A stretch of 64,000 bases of DNA from an uncultured virus (IMG/VR IMGVR_UViG_3300033153_010090) (Duplodnaviria; Heunggongvirae; Uroviricota; Caudoviricetes). The notes under the pieces are model-generated. The model ran no database searches, had not been told where the DNA came from, and worked only from the letters and a program-made list of their open reading frames with translations. How positions within the stretch are numbered: the first letter of the stretch is position 1; each line of letters opens with the position of its first letter. Location: the IMG/VR virus record IMGVR_UViG_3300033153_010090; one strand, 5' to 3'. Of the stretch, positions 43,143 through 53,972 are shown piece after piece. The position numbers and the translations under genes are program-made.

Positions 43143-46100
43143 TTATCGGAAAGTCTTCGAGTTGCTAGGCATGGTCTCAGGCCGCCCTATGACGACGAGG
43201 GTGAAGTCGAAGTAGGTGGTGGACACGCCTGCCGTTATCATGATGTCCACGTAGGTACCGTTTGGTTCGATCTCGGCATAGGTCTCATGGGTGGTGGGTG
43301 CGGACACCCCCGAGATATCGACCCACAACGTGACCAGCACACTGTTATCGGGGTCTACCGCTTCAGAGAAATGAACACGGTAGAAGTTCTCTCCGTGGAC
43401 GTTGGTCTCCCACGTCACAGTACTACTGAGGTTCCAGCTATTCCCCACAACTGACGGACCAGCAGAATTGCCGTCGATTCTTCCTCTTGCCACAGTTGCG
43501 TTCTGCGCGTTGCGCTCGCACACGTGCAGCTGAGACGCTGGGTCTTGGATGTTGCCGATGAACTCACCGAATTGGCCGAACAGCTGGTCAACGCGGTTGG
43601 TGCTGGCACTCTCGCCAAGGTTCAGGCTGTCTCCATTCGGAACAATGTGGCCTGAGGGGTCGAACGACCACACAATGACGTTGTTCGTTCGAATAGTAAG
43701 GGAGGCGCTAGTACCTCTGCGGTAACGCAGGTCAATGTTGCCGTAAGAGTATAGCTCCATGTCCCCCGCGTTGACGTTCTGCATTATGACGCCGGAGGTC
43801 CCGAAATTGTAGATCTCCAGCTTCTGTGCAGTACCAGAGCTGACAAAACCTATCTGCGCCGCTGTGCCCAGCGACTGACCACTGCGAATGAAGTCTATGG
43901 AAGCACCGTTGGCGGAGTCTTCAAGAAGAATCGTGCGATGTAGCGAGGTCGACGCTTTGACGTGCAAGGGGGCGTCCGCAGTAGCAGCTGCAGTTCCGAT
44001 ACCAAAACCGTTGGTGGTGATGTTCAGCGGGTAGCCGATGGCGCTATAGCGCATAACCTCCGCGAAGATGGTGGAGACTCTGGATCCGTCCCTTCCTATC
44101 GCTTTTCCGGAGTACGGGATGAGGTGACCACTAGAGTCCAGCTCCCAGTTGTACCCAGCGTTGTTCTTGAAGTAGATGCGGTCATAACCATCAAGCTCGA
44201 GTGCGCGCACAGCACCATTGTCAGTGCCGCGAAGGTATCCTGTAGTCCTTGTTGGCCGGGTCTCAAACTGCAGCGAGACCTCAGACTGACCAGCGTCGTA
44301 CCCCTTGAGATTCTGGAGCTCGTGTTGGGCTGTCGTTCTTGCCTTAACGCTCAGAGGAAACTGAGGGTCGTCGTCGGCGATACCAACCCGACCAGCTGCC
44401 CCCTGAAGGACCAGCACGTCACTCTCGCCGTTCCAGTCGTCGAACCGCATCCGGTTGAGGAAGTCACCGCCGTCAACGTAGACCTCAAAATAACCGGCAT
44501 CGGTACCCAGGTGGAGGAAGGACCAGTTCCCCGTACCCCCCGCCTCAAGTGTAAGACCTACTTGGTCGTCGTCAGCCTTCATGTCAAGAATGGCTTCGCC
44601 GGTCGTCTGGGCCCAGATGTCCACCCGGATATTGCCATCGACCCGGTGGATTGCGAGGTCGTTGGCTGCGCTGAATGTGCCCTCACCGATCATCACAGAG
44701 CCATCAGAGTCCACCCTGAACAGGTTTACCCCTGGTGTTGTGCTGTCCTTGAGAACGATCTTGTCAACGTGCCCCGCGTCCTCACCCGCGTCCGCGTTCC
44801 TGACGATGACGGTCTCACCGCTCACGCTTGGGAACATGTCGATAGTGTCGGGACGGATGTTGGAGTGACGCCCTGACCCCTTCCCGCTGTCGTCGTCGTA
44901 ATGCTCGTAGTCGAGGCGATTGAACGCGCCTTCGAGGCTGCGGCGGCGGTCGCCGTAGAGCCAGGTGAGCACGTCGTCGAAGGTGTCCATGGACGGACCG
45001 GCGATACCGATCAGCGCCTTCTGAACCTGGAAGTCTGTCTCCTGGGCGTAGCGAACGCTACCCGCCATCCCAGTGGGGTCACCAGTCAGGGCTTCGCGCA
45101 CGTTCGACATGCCAAGGTAGATGACCCGGATCGTACCTGCTGGCGGCTTGACGTCGTCATCGACGAACTTGATGTAGGGCTGGTCCCAAAACTCTCCATC
45201 AGTCTGAACGTCGACAACACCGGAGACCACGCCCTCCGTGGGGTTGAGGATCACTGGGTCGCCATCTTCGCCGATGAGATCAAGAGTCTTGGCGTCCACC
45301 TTCCGAAGGACCCGGTAGGTTCCGTTGTTGGACCAGGGGTCGGTCACAGTCGACCCAGACCACACCACCTCGTCACCAACGCCGACCGCGGCAAAGTCCG
45401 CCCCAGAACAGTAGATGCGGTTGTTCTTCTCCACGCGTGCGACAGCGCCTGAATAGATACTTTCGTGGCGCTGGTTGACGTTGGGGCTGGACCCAGACTC
45501 CTTGTAGAGCCCAACCGCCGTCACTTTATCGGTGGAGATCTGCTGAGTCTTCAGAGAGGTGAGTGCGCCGTTGAGCTGCTCACGGTCACCCGTCACAGGA
45601 TTCACGTTCTGGACGATTACCTCATCGGAACTGAGTCGGTTGAGAATCTTGAGCTGCAGTCCGTTCAAAGGTGACGGTGCGCCGACCAAGACCACGTACC
45701 ACTCACCAGCCGCGGTGACACCGGTAAATATATCGTCCGGGGAGGAAACTATCATAACTCCGGAGTCAGCATCCGTCGACACCGTGGCGCTAACCGAAAG
45801 GTCCTCCAGCTCAGTCACAACCTGCTCGACCAGAATCTCGTTGTGGCTATCGTCCAGGATGGCGATGAGGTCTTCCATCTTGGGAGTGACTGGACCCGTG
45901 TAGACCATGTCCGGGATCTGGATGTGGAGGTCTGTCCCGTTGTACGAGATCTCCGCTTCCTTCCGGACAGCGACACGCTTGCGGTCGATCAGCCCAGCTG
46001 TACGGTCTGAGTTGAGGGCCATCGCGATGGCCACACGGTTGAATGCTGCTGCGTCGAACGCACCGCCCCAAGGCATGGTGGCCTGGCCTGGGTAGGAGAC

Positions 46101-46568
46101 CTGCCGTGTCGGGTCCGGGTGACCCGGGCTGGTGACGTCGCCGGCGTAGCTCTCAGTCTCAGAGAAGAGACCGAGAAGGTCGAAGACATGCTCTGCAGAA
46201 GTGATGGACTCAAGCCTCAAGTAACTGCCGTCCCCTGTGGTAGGACTCTTGAGGAGAAGAAACCCATTCTCGTTGTAGGCCACCGTGAGAGAGGTATCGG
46301 TATTGATCTCCGCGACCACGTCGTCCAGGGACCAAGGGTCGCCACCAGAGAAGTTGACGGTGAACGGCCCGCCGGCATCCACGTAGATCTTGAAGGCCAA
46401 GCCGTCGAGGCTGAACCCCAAAGCGGGCTCGCGCTTGATAGCGCGGATCGTTGCGCTGCGCAGAGTCACTTCCGGCTGGAACGAGTAACCAGCCCCATCG
46501 GGGTGTGGCGACAGAGGCCACGCACCCAAGAGGGTGGCTGCGTCGAGGTGCCTGAAGTTATTGGACAT
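43143..46568 (-). CDS. Tail fibre/tail spike protein
   Basis: 1141 aa; GRVGI..DPQFPL and GFGIG..PLHV fibre motifs, repeated W..D.SGH..P. Confidence 0.75.
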   Translation of the reverse strand: MSNNFRHLDAATLLGAWPLSPHPDGAGYSFQPEVTLRSATIRAIKREPALGFSLDGLAFKIYVDAGGPFTVNFSGGDPWSLDDVVAEINTDTSLTVAYNENGFLLLKSPTTGDGSYLRLESITSAEHVFDLLGLFSETESYAGDVTSPGHPDPTRQVSYPGQATMPWGGAFDAAAFNRVAIAMALNSDRTAGLIDRKRVAVRKEAEISYNGTDLHIQIPDMVYTGPVTPKMEDLIAILDDSHNEILVEQVVTELEDLSVSATVSTDADSGVMIVSSPDDIFTGVTAAGEWYVVLVGAPSPLNGLQLKILNRLSSDEVIVQNVNPVTGDREQLNGALTSLKTQQISTDKVTAVGLYKESGSSPNVNQRHESIYSGAVARVEKNNRIYCSGADFAAVGVGDEVVWSGSTVTDPWSNNGTYRVLRKVDAKTLDLIGEDGDPVILNPTEGVVSGVVDVQTDGEFWDQPYIKFVDDDVKPPAGTIRVIYLGMSNVREALTGDPTGMAGSVRYAQETDFQVQKALIGIAGPSMDTFDDVLTWLYGDRRRSLEGAFNRLDYEHYDDDSGKGSGRHSNIRPDTIDMFPSVSGETVIVRNADAGEDAGHVDKIVLKDSTTPGVNLFRVDSDGSVMIGEGTFSAANDLAIHRVDGNIRVDIWAQTTGEAILDMKADDDQVGLTLEAGGTGNWSFLHLGTDAGYFEVYVDGGDFLNRMRFDDWNGESDVLVLQGAAGRVGIADDDPQFPLSVKARTTAQHELQNLKGYDAGQSEVSLQFETRPTRTTGYLRGTDNGAVRALELDGYDRIYFKNNAGYNWELDSSGHLIPYSGKAIGRDGSRVSTIFAEVMRYSAIGYPLNITTNGFGIGTAAATADAPLHVKASTSLHRTILLEDSANGASIDFIRSGQSLGTAAQIGFVSSGTAQKLEIYNFGTSGVIMQNVNAGDMELYSYGNIDLRYRRGTSASLTIRTNNVIVWSFDPSGHIVPNGDSLNLGESASTNRVDQLFGQFGEFIGNIQDPASQLHVCERNAQNATVARGRIDGNSAGPSVVGNSWNLSSTVTWETNVHGENFYRVHFSEAVDPDNSVLVTLWVDISGVSAPTTHETYAEIEPNGTYVDIMITAGVSTTYFDFTLVVIGRPETMPSNSKTFR

Positions 46569-46577
46569 GCTTCCTCC

Positions 46578-47114
46578 CTAGAACCGGAGCTCCCAGCGTA
46601 GCACGAGCTCTTTCGAGCTATCCTTGACCAGCGCTGGGGAGATGACCTTGTACACAATGGGTGGGTTGGTTGCGACTGCTGGGTCGAGGATCGTCCCACC
46701 GTCGTTGAAGTCGACGAACAGTGCGGCTTCTGTGACCGTCACCGGGTCCGGGAGGTCAGCCGTGCCGAAGACGTGCTCGAGCTTCTTCGATGAGGGCACC
46801 GGCCAGGAAACCTCTGCGCCCGGATCGATCGCATCCAGATAGTCACTGCCGGAGACGAGAGATGGCGCCACCATCTGGGCGATGCTCACAGCCTCCAGCT
46901 GCACTCCTGTGCCCACCGAGGCCCACCGCACCCGCCGACTGTCCAAGGGGGTGTCATGGACCACCCCCGCGCCGAGGGTGCTCCAGGCGCAGAGCTGGGC
47001 CAGCCACTCGGCACCGAACCGAGTGAGGATGTTGTGCCCCTCTCGGATGGACCCCGGGACTACGTGGCCGTCCTCCCGCAGGAACGCTGTGACGTTGGCG
47101 AGGAGCTCTCGCAT
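46578..47114 (-). CDS. Baseplate/tail-fibre attachment protein (paralog of 47115-47735)
   Basis: HN..T..G..WLA, RVRW.SVGTG, TEAALF, W.LRF. Confidence 0.7.
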   Translation of the reverse strand: MRELLANVTAFLREDGHVVPGSIREGHNILTRFGAEWLAQLCAWSTLGAGVVHDTPLDSRRVRWASVGTGVQLEAVSIAQMVAPSLVSGSDYLDAIDPGAEVSWPVPSSKKLEHVFGTADLPDPVTVTEAALFVDFNDGGTILDPAVATNPPIVYKVISPALVKDSSKELVLRWELRF

Positions 47115-47735
47115 CTAGAACCTGAAGTCCCACAGAATCTCGAAGATAAAGTCCTGGGTCTTCGTCAGTGGCTCAAAGCGCGCGTAGGCCACAGGGCTGT
47201 TGGTCGCGAAGGCTGGGTCCAAGATGGTGTTGAGGCCGGAGGACGGCACATCAACAGCCCCACCAATGCCCACCGGGGGCGCGTCCGCCTTGAAGACGTC
47301 CACGAAGAGGCCTGCCTCAGAGATCGGCACCACGGGGTTGGTCTCGGTCGTGACCTCCAACCCACTGAACTCCTTCTTGAAACGCATCGCCGGGCGGTCG
47401 CCGGGCGATGCCGGGGCGATGAACTCGGAGGACTGAAGAGCCACGAGGTAGCTCCCACCGTCATCAATCCGGGTGGGGACCTCGAGCTGGACGACCGAAG
47501 CCTCCTCAAGCTGAGTCAGGCCGGTACCCACCGACATCCACCGCACCCTGGCGTTCGTGACAGGGGTATCTGGGTCGCCCAGGGCATCCCAGGCCACCAG
47601 GTGAGCCAGCCAGTCGCGGCCCACATCGGTGAAGACGTTGTGCCGCTCACGCCGGTCGACGATGCGCCCCTGCCTGTCGCGGAGGGTGGCGAAGAAGTTG
47701 ACCTCAACGTGAATGTTGTCGAGCTTGTAGAACAT
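47115..47735 (-). CDS. Baseplate/tail-fibre attachment protein
   Basis: Same motifs; SEAGLF; PLTKTQDF. Confidence 0.7.
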   Translation of the reverse strand: MFYKLDNIHVEVNFFATLRDRQGRIVDRRERHNVFTDVGRDWLAHLVAWDALGDPDTPVTNARVRWMSVGTGLTQLEEASVVQLEVPTRIDDGGSYLVALQSSEFIAPASPGDRPAMRFKKEFSGLEVTTETNPVVPISEAGLFVDVFKADAPPVGIGGAVDVPSSGLNTILDPAFATNSPVAYARFEPLTKTQDFIFEILWDFRF

Positions 47736-47761
47736 CCCGACCCTCCTTCGCGGCCATCATA

Positions 47762-50700
47762 TCATGGCTGCAGGAATGCCTCGAAGGCCTCCACGGGGAA
47801 CATCTCTGGCAGCCGCTCGAGCCCTGGATGGTAGTTCGAGTGGATGGTGATGACTGCCTGCAAGGAGGTCTCGACCGGTCTGGCCGCCGTGTCGATCTCC
47901 ACCTTCCCCGGATGAACATAGGCCGTGATGGTGTAGCTCCCGTTGTTGGAGGGATCCTCCGAGTTCGCCACCTGGACGGTGGACCCTACCATGCCTGGGG
48001 TGAAAACGGCCAACGGGACGTTCACGTTCGGGTCAATGACCTCCAGGGCCATCTGGGGGCCAGACTGCACGGACCTGGCGCCAGGCACGACGCGACGCAG
48101 CAAGACGGGCTTGATGATCCGGAACTTGAGGCTCCCATCACCGGCCCAGGTGACCAAGGTACCGTCCATATCCACGACCGTCAGCTCGGTCTCACTGTTC
48201 ACAGAGTAGACCCGGAACTCACCTTCGTCCGCTCCCCCTGGCTCGAGAACGAGGTGATCGTCTACAGCGGCCCCGTCGGTCAGGAAGGTGGACCCGGCCG
48301 AACTGAGAACGCCAGAGTCCCCGGCTGCGGAGACTCCGTCCGTGCCGCGGGTGATGTCGCCGGTCATCCGGCGGAGCACACTGCAGCGAAGCCCGTCGCC
48401 GTACTCGAAAGTACCTGTGTCCAGAGCGACAGGGTCGTAGGACCCCGGAAGCTGCCGAGACGTGGTCTGCAGGAGCTGTAGCTTGGTCGCGCTCACCACC
48501 TGGTCGACCTCGTAGAGGCCATCGTCCAGAACACCAGAGCCTGACTGGCCCTTCCCAATGACCAAGATGTCCCCCTCACGGGCAGGGGTGGTGAGGTCAC
48601 CCGCAACACGGCCGCGAAGCACTGCGTCGTTGGGCTCGATGGTGGTGAAGTCCACGTCGATGGTGGTGCCCAGGTCCCAGACGTTGACACCATTCTCCGA
48701 CCCGGTGAGGTAGCCCGTCGCGTAGTTGATGGCGGCGTTGACATCCTCAGTGTCGAACGACCCGACCCTGTCGTCCCTGGTGACGAAGTCCCCACTCTCG
48801 TGGACGCCGCTACCGTTGCGGCGCAGAACCACAGAGCCAGGAAGGATCCTGCCGCCAGCGGGAACAGAGAGAGTGATAGAGAAGGGGTCGTACTCACTGG
48901 TGGATCCCCCACCAATGTTGACCTGCTGCTGTTGGGTCAGCTTGGAGAACCCTCCAGCAGACTCGGCCACCACGCTCCCAGTGTCCTCCGTCGTCTCCGC
49001 GTCGAAGATGATGGTGGAGGACCTGGTCTTGAACGGGGTCAGGTCGGTCCCCCACACGGTGACGCCCTGAGAGTTGTTCTGGTTCAGGCGCAACGCAGGC
49101 AGCCCAAACCCGGGGCTGGTGTACAACTGCGCGGTGATGTTGGACCCCATCGACTCGTCGAACGTCGACAGCGGGTCGTCCGCAAGACGCTTGAAGATCG
49201 ACACCAGGACCTTTGTGTAGGCCGGCTTCACCTTGGCCAGGAAATCCAGTGCGAAGTTCGCGTCGTTGAGGTCGAAGACGTTCCCGTCAATGGCCACCTT
49301 GAACGTGAAGAACTTCAGGACCTCAAGCCCAACCAGGGCAGTGCGCCACCAGTCCGGGTTCTTGATGTAGTCCTCGACCTCGACACCCTTGGAGACGGGG
49401 GCGAACCGCTCGATGACGTCGCCCTCAACGTAGGTGACTCCTGTGACTGGGTTGTCCTCCAGCCCCACGAGGACTGGGTAGAAGTAGAAGCGACGAAGAC
49501 CAAGCGGAGCGCCGGACTCGTCAACATCCTCCACCAACATGCGCCCTATCGCCAGACCCGTGGGGTCGGTGGAGTAGTTGTCCATGATGGAGATGACACG
49601 ACCACGCTCCTCCGCGAAGGGGAGACCCAGGAAGATCTGCAGCCCGAGGCGAATGTTGGCCACGGTCGGGCCGCTCGTGATGGCGTACCAGAGCCCCTTC
49701 ACCGCGCTGAGATACGACAAGCGGGTAGGGTTCTGTGTCAAGTCTTCGGACATGATGCCGACTGGAGCACCGAAGTTGTTCTCAATCGCGGGGGTGTTAT
49801 CCACCATCGCACATTCAGCCCACAAGTACTGCGGTGCAGGAGAGGTCAGGGTGAAGAGGCCGCCCTGGAACTGGAGATCCCCTCCTCCCAGGGTGTAGTC
49901 CCAGTTCTCCCGCAGGATGACCGGGGGCTCCCACAGCTCCTCCTGCAAAGAGGGAACGGTAGCGAAGTCGGAGTGCACACGGATGGCCGTGTTGTGGATG
50001 AGCGTCTTGGCTCGCATCGTGATGCGGTACGGGGTGAACGTCCTCGAGTTGATGTTCACGCCCATGGGCATGAAGGAGAGCACGGACTCTGCTGCCGCAC
50101 GGGCCTTCGCGTCCGAGGCGTCGGCAGGAACGATGCGCAGATCCTTGACGAGCTGTGTGAATTGACCGCGGTCGATTGTTTCGCCACCAACAGTCAAAGC
50201 ATCGAGCGAGAACTCAAACCCGACGCGGTCTCGGTCCACTCCGACCACTTGAGCCTGAAGCTCCGCGGTAGCTCCAATGTCTGCACGAGTGACCTCGAAG
50301 ATGATCAGGTCCCCGGTACGGACGTTGAAGTCCTCGAGGTTGAGAGACGGCACATGCAGGAGGTGAGGGATTCGCCAGGTGGCATTCGTCAGCCCCCCAG
50401 GGAACGCTGCGTCATTGCAGAAGATGATGGTCTCGGTGTCCGTGGTCTTGACCCGGTCAACCGTGCCTGCTGTGCCATTGACCACCAGCACACGGCCCTT
50501 CGCGGTACGCTGCAGGTCAAGGGCCTCGAAGTCCGTGTAGGTGATGTCGAACCCAACATCAATGCTGTCCCCCGCGCCGAAGACGCCGGAGAGCTCTGTG
50601 ATGATGACCTCATTGGTCTCGTAGTCCACGGTCGCCGTGAGCCCCGCCCCCAGCAGGTTCCCACGCCGGTCATCCACCGCAACGATGCTGCCAGGTGGGT

Positions 50701-53275
50701 CGGTGTACCCATTCTTCCAGACCCTCACAGACCCAGGGACCAGGTTGGACTCAGGCGGTAGGGTCAGGGTAGCAGTGACAGTGTCGAGCCCAGCTGTACC
50801 AGCCCCAACAGTCTGCTGCTTTGAGAAGTTTGAGAGCTGCAGGTGGAACTCGTTGGTGTTCTCCGAAGCCACGTCGTACACCGAGAGGACCTCAGAGCCA
50901 ATACCCCAGATATCCCCCACCTCAGCGACCTGGATGGCACGAGTATCGTAGTCCACCTGCCCAGTGACCGAGTATGGAACCACACCGAAGATCTGCCCGT
51001 TCCCATCGTCCTCGCCTACCTGCACGGCGCCTAACATGAGTTTGACCGTGCCAGGGATAAGCACAGAATCGTCGGGGACATCGAGTGTCCCAGAAAACAC
51101 TTCGTTCGCTGCAACCGTCCCGACCCCAATGATAGTGGAAGTCTCTACCGCAGCGAGAGCTCCGGTCTGACCCCCGGTGCCGTCCCCTGTGTACCCGACC
51201 AGGACACGCTGGGACTCTTCACGAAGGTCCGTGTACATCTCAAAGCGCTGCCAACGTCGGGGGACGTACTCCTGGATTGTGTCCAGCGACTTGTTGTAGT
51301 CGTTGGCCCACAGCTTCACGGTCTCCGCCCCGATGATCTGTGCCGTCGCCGACCAGATGCTGGCGAGATACTCCTTGTCGTCAACCAGCTTCCAGAAGTC
51401 GGAGATGTAGTTCCACAAGAAAGAGAGGTCGGGGACGATGCCGTCGCCGCAGGGAGCTCTGTTCAGGCCGATGGAGACGAACCCAGACGCAGGATCGCTA
51501 TCCACATACCCGTTGTTGACGATGAGCTGGACCTCGTACACGCCCACCTTGTCTGGGATGAAACGGACTGCCCTGTCTCCATCCCAGATGCTGGTGAACG
51601 GGTAGGGATCAGACTGCGCTGGAACTGTCTGGTCTGGGTTCACCTCGCTCCCGATTGGAACGCGAGTGAAAGACCAGTGCCAGGTCAGCGGCCGGTTGTT
51701 CGGGTCGTAACTCGGGCGACCATCCATCTGGATGATGGAGCCAATGATGGCGTTGACCTCGTTGTAATTGAGGACCGCTACAGGCTTGTCGATACCAACT
51801 GCGAAGTCCCACACCTCGGTGGTGTCATTAGGGTTCCCGTTGTCCTCGGCATATGCCGTCACCTCAACCACATCACCAAAGACGAACGGAGTGTCTCGGA
51901 CGATGTTGAACTGGTACTGGGTCACCGGGCCGAAGATGCCTACGGTGACGAACGAACTGACACTAACCTGGAACCCGACTTGTTCTGCTCCCCCAGTGTA
52001 GGCCAGTGCGCCGGCCACCTCGATGACCATGGCGACCAGGTTTATTCCAGTCGTGTCATCGATGGCCCGGAAGACGATTTCAGGAGACAGCTCGTCGATC
52101 GCAGTGCTTGGCACCGGGCTGATGGCGGTGAAGTAAGGAGAGTCAGTGTCAACCACCTCCGTCAAGAAATTCCAGGCGAATTGCGGCATCACGTTCGGCG
52201 GCACCGCGCTGTCGGATGCGTCCACAGTGACGTCGATGAGTGTCTCTGTCGGAAGATTGACTGTCTTGTCGATGACGAAGTGATAGCCATCTACGATGAC
52301 TGTGACAGCACTGTTTGGCCCATCCCACCCAGGGAAGAACCCATCGTCAGGGACTCCGACGCCATTCCAGTTATAGGCGACGTCCCCCTCTACCTCTACA
52401 ACGACCGTGGTCAGGTCGACACCAGCTCCGCCCGTGGGGGCGTCCTTGATGTCGAACGAGATGTCGGTCTCTTTCGGAATGAGAGTGCCCGTCGGAAACT
52501 CGTTGGTCACCGACGGTGCAGAGGAATCCAGGACGTCGAAGCTCCACGACCGCACTGTGACGTTCGGGGTCGTGGCCAGGTCCTGGGCTGTGACCTCCAC
52601 GTCAACGGTATCAAGCTCAGTGAAATCAACCGTAGGGTCGATGACGACCCTGAACCCATTGGCGATGACGGTGACAGCGCTACCTGGGCCATCGAAGCCG
52701 GTCTTAAACCCAGCGTTCGGATCGCCACCAACACCATTCCAGTTGTAGGCCTCCACCGCCTCGACGGTGGCGACGATGTCTGCGGCTGCGACACCAGCCC
52801 CAGTGTCAAGCACATCGAACTGGATATTGGTTGTGGGAGCACCAGACCCGCTGTCCAGAGGGTCCTCATTGACGACGGTGGGGCCCACCACATCCGCAGT
52901 CGTAAACGACCACGAGAAGGTGGTCATGGTGTTGGTGGCTATATCGTCCGCGTCAACGTCCACCCCAATCGTCGCATAGTTGGGGTGCAGACCACCCGGA
53001 GGGGTCAACGCCATATGGTAAGTGTCACCAACCGGGCCCGTCAGCCCTGCACCGCCCCAACTGTTCTGTGTGCTACCACCAGAGAAAGCAACGACGCCGT
53101 CAACAGTGACCACAACGGTGGCCGGGTCAACTCCAGAACCTGAGTCAGAAATGTCAAACTCAACACTCGAGGCCCGCGGTTGGTCAACCCCCGTCGGGGT
53201 GTTGTTCGTAACCACAGGTGCTGTGGCATCCAAGGTGGTGAACGACCAAGAGAATGGGGGCATTGAGATAGGCAT
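47762..53275 (-). CDS. Large baseplate wedge-like protein with N-terminal Ig-like repeats and a PKD-like domain
   Basis: Four D..P.V.N..P...F.I.D..GVD repeats; DGRPSYDP; GPTVANIRLGL; VKPAYT. Confidence 0.7.
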   Translation of the reverse strand: MPISMPPFSWSFTTLDATAPVVTNNTPTGVDQPRASSVEFDISDSGSGVDPATVVVTVDGVVAFSGGSTQNSWGGAGLTGPVGDTYHMALTPPGGLHPNYATIGVDVDADDIATNTMTTFSWSFTTADVVGPTVVNEDPLDSGSGAPTTNIQFDVLDTGAGVAAADIVATVEAVEAYNWNGVGGDPNAGFKTGFDGPGSAVTVIANGFRVVIDPTVDFTELDTVDVEVTAQDLATTPNVTVRSWSFDVLDSSAPSVTNEFPTGTLIPKETDISFDIKDAPTGGAGVDLTTVVVEVEGDVAYNWNGVGVPDDGFFPGWDGPNSAVTVIVDGYHFVIDKTVNLPTETLIDVTVDASDSAVPPNVMPQFAWNFLTEVVDTDSPYFTAISPVPSTAIDELSPEIVFRAIDDTTGINLVAMVIEVAGALAYTGGAEQVGFQVSVSSFVTVGIFGPVTQYQFNIVRDTPFVFGDVVEVTAYAEDNGNPNDTTEVWDFAVGIDKPVAVLNYNEVNAIIGSIIQMDGRPSYDPNNRPLTWHWSFTRVPIGSEVNPDQTVPAQSDPYPFTSIWDGDRAVRFIPDKVGVYEVQLIVNNGYVDSDPASGFVSIGLNRAPCGDGIVPDLSFLWNYISDFWKLVDDKEYLASIWSATAQIIGAETVKLWANDYNKSLDTIQEYVPRRWQRFEMYTDLREESQRVLVGYTGDGTGGQTGALAAVETSTIIGVGTVAANEVFSGTLDVPDDSVLIPGTVKLMLGAVQVGEDDGNGQIFGVVPYSVTGQVDYDTRAIQVAEVGDIWGIGSEVLSVYDVASENTNEFHLQLSNFSKQQTVGAGTAGLDTVTATLTLPPESNLVPGSVRVWKNGYTDPPGSIVAVDDRRGNLLGAGLTATVDYETNEVIITELSGVFGAGDSIDVGFDITYTDFEALDLQRTAKGRVLVVNGTAGTVDRVKTTDTETIIFCNDAAFPGGLTNATWRIPHLLHVPSLNLEDFNVRTGDLIIFEVTRADIGATAELQAQVVGVDRDRVGFEFSLDALTVGGETIDRGQFTQLVKDLRIVPADASDAKARAAAESVLSFMPMGVNINSRTFTPYRITMRAKTLIHNTAIRVHSDFATVPSLQEELWEPPVILRENWDYTLGGGDLQFQGGLFTLTSPAPQYLWAECAMVDNTPAIENNFGAPVGIMSEDLTQNPTRLSYLSAVKGLWYAITSGPTVANIRLGLQIFLGLPFAEERGRVISIMDNYSTDPTGLAIGRMLVEDVDESGAPLGLRRFYFYPVLVGLEDNPVTGVTYVEGDVIERFAPVSKGVEVEDYIKNPDWWRTALVGLEVLKFFTFKVAIDGNVFDLNDANFALDFLAKVKPAYTKVLVSIFKRLADDPLSTFDESMGSNITAQLYTSPGFGLPALRLNQNNSQGVTVWGTDLTPFKTRSSTIIFDAETTEDTGSVVAESAGGFSKLTQQQQVNIGGGSTSEYDPFSITLSVPAGGRILPGSVVLRRNGSGVHESGDFVTRDDRVGSFDTEDVNAAINYATGYLTGSENGVNVWDLGTTIDVDFTTIEPNDAVLRGRVAGDLTTPAREGDILVIGKGQSGSGVLDDGLYEVDQVVSATKLQLLQTTSRQLPGSYDPVALDTGTFEYGDGLRCSVLRRMTGDITRGTDGVSAAGDSGVLSSAGSTFLTDGAAVDDHLVLEPGGADEGEFRVYSVNSETELTVVDMDGTLVTWAGDGSLKFRIIKPVLLRRVVPGARSVQSGPQMALEVIDPNVNVPLAVFTPGMVGSTVQVANSEDPSNNGSYTITAYVHPGKVEIDTAARPVETSLQAVITIHSNYHPGLERLPEMFPVEAFEAFLQP

Positions 53276-53284
53276 CGTGCTCCC

Positions 53285-53968
53285 CTAAAGCGCCAGGTCG
53301 TCGGCGTTGACTATGACCTCGTAGGTCACCCACTCGACATAGTTTGGGTCAGCATCAATAACGAAGTGGTAGCTGGCCATGGTACCAGTAACCGTGCTCG
53401 ACAACCCATCGAACCCGAGCTGGAACCCGCCTGCTGAACCGTCGTAGGCCAGAACCCCGCCCACAGTCACGATCACCGACGCCAGATCAACACCAGCCCC
53501 ATCGTCCTTGAGGTCAAACTCGATGAGCGTAGTGACAGGCACACCTGTGCCTGTGGGGCTATTGCTACCTACGTCAACGTAGGGTGCCTCGTAATCCTCA
53601 GTCTCGAAAGACCACGAGTACTGACCCATGACGTTGGCTAGCGGCGCTTGGTCCTGCCCATCGATCGTAATGCTAACCGTGATGTAGCTGGCGAAGTCTG
53701 GGTGTGTAGTGACGGCCACATGCCAGGTGCCCCCACCTGTGTCCACGATCGTGCCGTCGTAGTCCGGTGTCTCGAAGACGCCGCCGACGATGACGTCGAC
53801 GCCACCAATGATCATTCCAAGGCTACCGAGGTCTACCCCGGCCTCTGTGTCGGTGATGTCAAACTCGACGTCCGTATCCCTGGCCGCACCTACGCCCGTC
53901 GGCGAAGGGTTGGTGACCTCCGGCGGCGTGACGTCGGTACTGAATTCGCCGAGGACGACATCAGACAT
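53285..53968 (-). CDS. Structural protein with two Ig-like repeats
   Basis: Same repeat as in 47762-53275. Confidence 0.75.
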   Translation of the reverse strand: MSDVVLGEFSTDVTPPEVTNPSPTGVGAARDTDVEFDITDTEAGVDLGSLGMIIGGVDVIVGGVFETPDYDGTIVDTGGGTWHVAVTTHPDFASYITVSITIDGQDQAPLANVMGQYSWSFETEDYEAPYVDVGSNSPTGTGVPVTTLIEFDLKDDGAGVDLASVIVTVGGVLAYDGSAGGFQLGFDGLSSTVTGTMASYHFVIDADPNYVEWVTYEVIVNADDLAL

Positions 53969-53972
53969 CAGA

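Noticed and set aside
48800..50761. Long plus-strand ORFs (e.g. 48800-50761, 51677-53143, 42198-43454) and minus-strand 24629-25978
   Set aside because: They are antisense shadows of well-supported genes in GC-rich DNA, with no recognisable motifs.
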